Shown in pieces: positions 61,846 through 64,000 of a DNA stretch of 64,000 nt; position 1 is the first letter of the stretch; every line of letters begins with the position of its first letter. Source of the DNA: an uncultured Verrucomicrobiae bacterium (GTDB taxonomy: Bacteria; Verrucomicrobiota; Verrucomicrobiia; Chthoniobacterales; JAFAMB01). A program made the translations under genes and the position numbers. The stretch covers positions 288,001 to 352,000 of the forward strand of contig CAWEXO010000008.1 in the NCBI GenBank assembly GCA_963813025.1. The letters run 5' to 3'. The notes under the pieces are model-generated. The model did no database searches, was not told where the DNA came from, and worked only from the letters and a program-made list of their open reading frames with translations.

Positions 61846-62859
61846 TCAGCGAGGCCGCGCCTCAGACCGAGGAGGAGCTCCAGATGGCAAGCCCGGCGCC
61901 GGACCCTGGTTCTCCCTAGTCCAACGGCCTTGCCGTACCGTCTCTTCCAACGCCTGGTCGAACTCGCGGAGCGGATGCCAACCGGTTTCACTCCGGAGCT
62001 TGGATGGATCGATCGCGCGTCGTCGGTCGTCTCCCGGCCGGTCATCGGAGTATTCGATCAAATCCGCTGCCTTTCCGAGATAGCGCAGAATCTGTTCAAC
62101 AACAGAAAGGCTCGTCCGCTCCGAGCCCGTCCCGATATTGTAGATCTGTCCGCTGTGTCCCTCCATAAAGACGGTAAACAGGGCGGCACAATGGTCGCTC
62201 ACGTGCATCCAGTCGCGAATAGTACGGCCCTCGCTGGAAAGAGGAACCGGTTTGTCCGACACGGCTCGGGCGATCACCGCCGGAATAAATTCCTTGGGAG
62301 ATTGTCCGGGACCAAAACTGTTTGAGCAGCGCGCCACCAGAACATCTTGACGGTAGGTCCGGTGACTTGCCAGGGCGAACAGATCGGCGGCCGCCTTGCT
62401 CGCCGCAAAAGGAGAGCTCGGCTGCAGCCGGCTTTCTTCCGAAAAACGCCCGTGATCAATTGATCCATAGACTTCATCTGTTGATACCTGCAGAAAGCGC
62501 TTCACGCCGTGGCGTCGAGCGGTCTCGAGCAACGCCGCGGCGCCGGCCACATTGGTATGAATCAACGATTGCCAACCGGTGACACTTTGATCAAGACCAT
62601 GCTCGGACGCGAAATTGATGATTCCAAAATAGCTGTGCCGGGAGAGTAACTCGTCGATTTTCTTCGGTTCGCCGATATCGGCATGCACGAATTCGTATCG
62701 CTCCCGGTAAAGATCCGGGAGATCAGCCGTGGTAGGGAGCGCCGCGGGATCAGTCAGGGCGTCGACATTGGTAATCGACTCCGGCTGATAATGTTCCAGA
62801 ACGTATCGAATAAAATTGCTGCCGGTAAATCCGCAGCCGCCGGCGACCAGCAGGCGCAT
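61846..62859 (-). CDS. dTDP-glucose 4,6-dehydratase-like extended SDR, divergent
   Basis: GGCGFTG, QVSTDEVYG, IRDWMHVSDH, DDRPGDD; YxxxK reads FAASK. Confidence 0.8.
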   Translation of the reverse strand: MRLLVAGGCGFTGSNFIRYVLEHYQPESITNVDALTDPAALPTTADLPDLYRERYEFVHADIGEPKKIDELLSRHSYFGIINFASEHGLDQSVTGWQSLIHTNVAGAAALLETARRHGVKRFLQVSTDEVYGSIDHGRFSEESRLQPSSPFAASKAAADLFALASHRTYRQDVLVARCSNSFGPGQSPKEFIPAVIARAVSDKPVPLSSEGRTIRDWMHVSDHCAALFTVFMEGHSGQIYNIGTGSERTSLSVVEQILRYLGKAADLIEYSDDRPGDDRRRAIDPSKLRSETGWHPLREFDQALEETVRQGRWTRENQGPAPGLPSGAPPRSEARPR

Positions 62860-63001
62860 GGGCAGTAATAGTTGACAACCAGAAGCAAATAGCAATCGGA
62901 ATCGACGGCGGGAAGCGAGAGGCCTTATGCGTCAGGCTTCCAGATACGAACGAGGCCGTCCGCCTTCGTGCCCGCGGCATTACGGCGCGACAAGTTCCGC
63001 G

Positions 63002-63450
63002 CTATGGAGCCGGCGTTTTCCCATGCAGATAAAGGGCTCGATGCCCAAGATCGATTATCGCAAAGTACGTCCAAAGAACTTCGGTTCCGATGATTCCACC
63101 GAACGGGCGGCTGAACTCAACGGTCGGCACATTTAACGGTGCAAAACCAATAGATACGTGACTCAGATCAAAGCTCCCGAGACGAAAAGTTTGCGAGATG
63201 CCGAATGAAAGTCTGGCTTTCTTGAAATCATGAATGCCTTCCAACTGGACGTTCGTTTGCATAAACGCCACTTTCTCCCGGCTTTTGATTTCGTCAGTAA
63301 GCAGTGTCCAGGGCGAACCGGTATCGACGGTGGATCGCCAATAAGAAATAACAAAAAATCGAGGTCGGTTAGCTCGATCGTCAGAAATCGTCGCCAGGGA
63401 CTGCCGCTGTTGCCTGTGAAATCGGTAATTCGCTGAGCCATCGCGGATTT
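63002..63450 (-). pseudogene. retropepsin-like aspartic protease fragment
   Basis: VDTGSPWT in frame with GIIGTEVL..AIIDL; no start upstream. Confidence 0.6.
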
Positions 63451-63683
63451 CTTACTCGAAATTAATTTCCGCAGTGCGACGCATTGCAGAATAGGGTTCG
63501 CCCTAGACCAAAGACATCAACTATAATTGAACAAACCTATGAGAAAACCATATTCGTCATATTACCCGCTATCAGCCTTTTGACGTGGGCACAGCGAACG
63601 CAGAACTCGGTGCGCCTGCTAAAAGTAAATGAATTCTAAAAAAGCAGCAGAACTGTTCCGGTGTAGCCGGAAAATTCTGCAGG

Positions 63684-64000
63684 CTACAGCTGGGCGACGC
63701 TGCTGTGGCCGCTGATGATTTTCCAGCCCGAATCCGTCTTTTGCAGGTACCAAGTGGCGAGTCCGTAAACTTCTTCCCGACGAAGAGGAAATCTTTGAGT
63801 CCAAGTGGTCAACGCAAAAGCCAAATCCGGCCGGATCAATCGTATCTGAATTCTGTCCGGAGTCATAAAACCCATTTCCTCAGGATTTTCATAACCCTTG
63901 GCGTAACTGTCGTGGAGAGCTTTCCACCCACTTATCACCTGCTGATCAGAAACGATCAAAAGCTCAGGTGTGTTTGAGAAGAAAGTAAGATACTTCACAA
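63684..64000 (-). CDS. NTF2/DUF4440-like protein, 5'-partial
   Basis: GWKALHDSY..GWKIISGHSS. Confidence 0.7.
   Translation of the reverse strand, partial: VKYLTFFSNTPELLIVSDQQVISGWKALHDSYAKGYENPEEMGFMTPDRIQIRLIRPDLAFALTTWTQRFPLRREEVYGLATWYLQKTDSGWKIISGHSSVAQL

Overview
64-kb bacterial chromosomal window. Gene content suggests a soil Verrucomicrobiota/Chthoniobacterales-like genome (inference, not verified). It alternates between mostly intact core blocks and heavily eroded accessory blocks. 1-7.2 kb is a general-stress cluster (YsnF/DUF2382, GlsB/YeaQ, two YciF copies, desaturase, DUF3618, holin-like and ElaB-like genes). 7.4-22.7 kb is a mosaic of gene fragments (TrwC relaxase, DUF499 ATPase, LigD, IS3/IS110/ISNCY) around an intact aldehyde dehydrogenase / enolase-superfamily / SDR cluster resembling 3,6-anhydrogalactose catabolic enzymes. 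22.8-40.3 kb is a housekeeping block (MFS, nitroreductase, gpmI, cysI, blaI, dapF-dapA-dapB) bracketed by inward-facing IS256 ends. 40.3-57.6 kb is island-like: a 3'-half tRNA-Arg(TCG) att relic, VapBC45-like TA pair, AP2-domain protein, two IS630, three IS256 relics, a tyrosine-recombinase relic, a group II intron 3' end, GH105 and GH67. 57.6-64 kb returns to core-like genes (ankyrin/L,D-transpeptidase, nudC, MFS, RfbB-like). Many single-base frameshifts sit in homopolymers and may be sequencing errors. No CRISPR array or rRNA was seen. Family calls come from motif recognition only; no searches were run.
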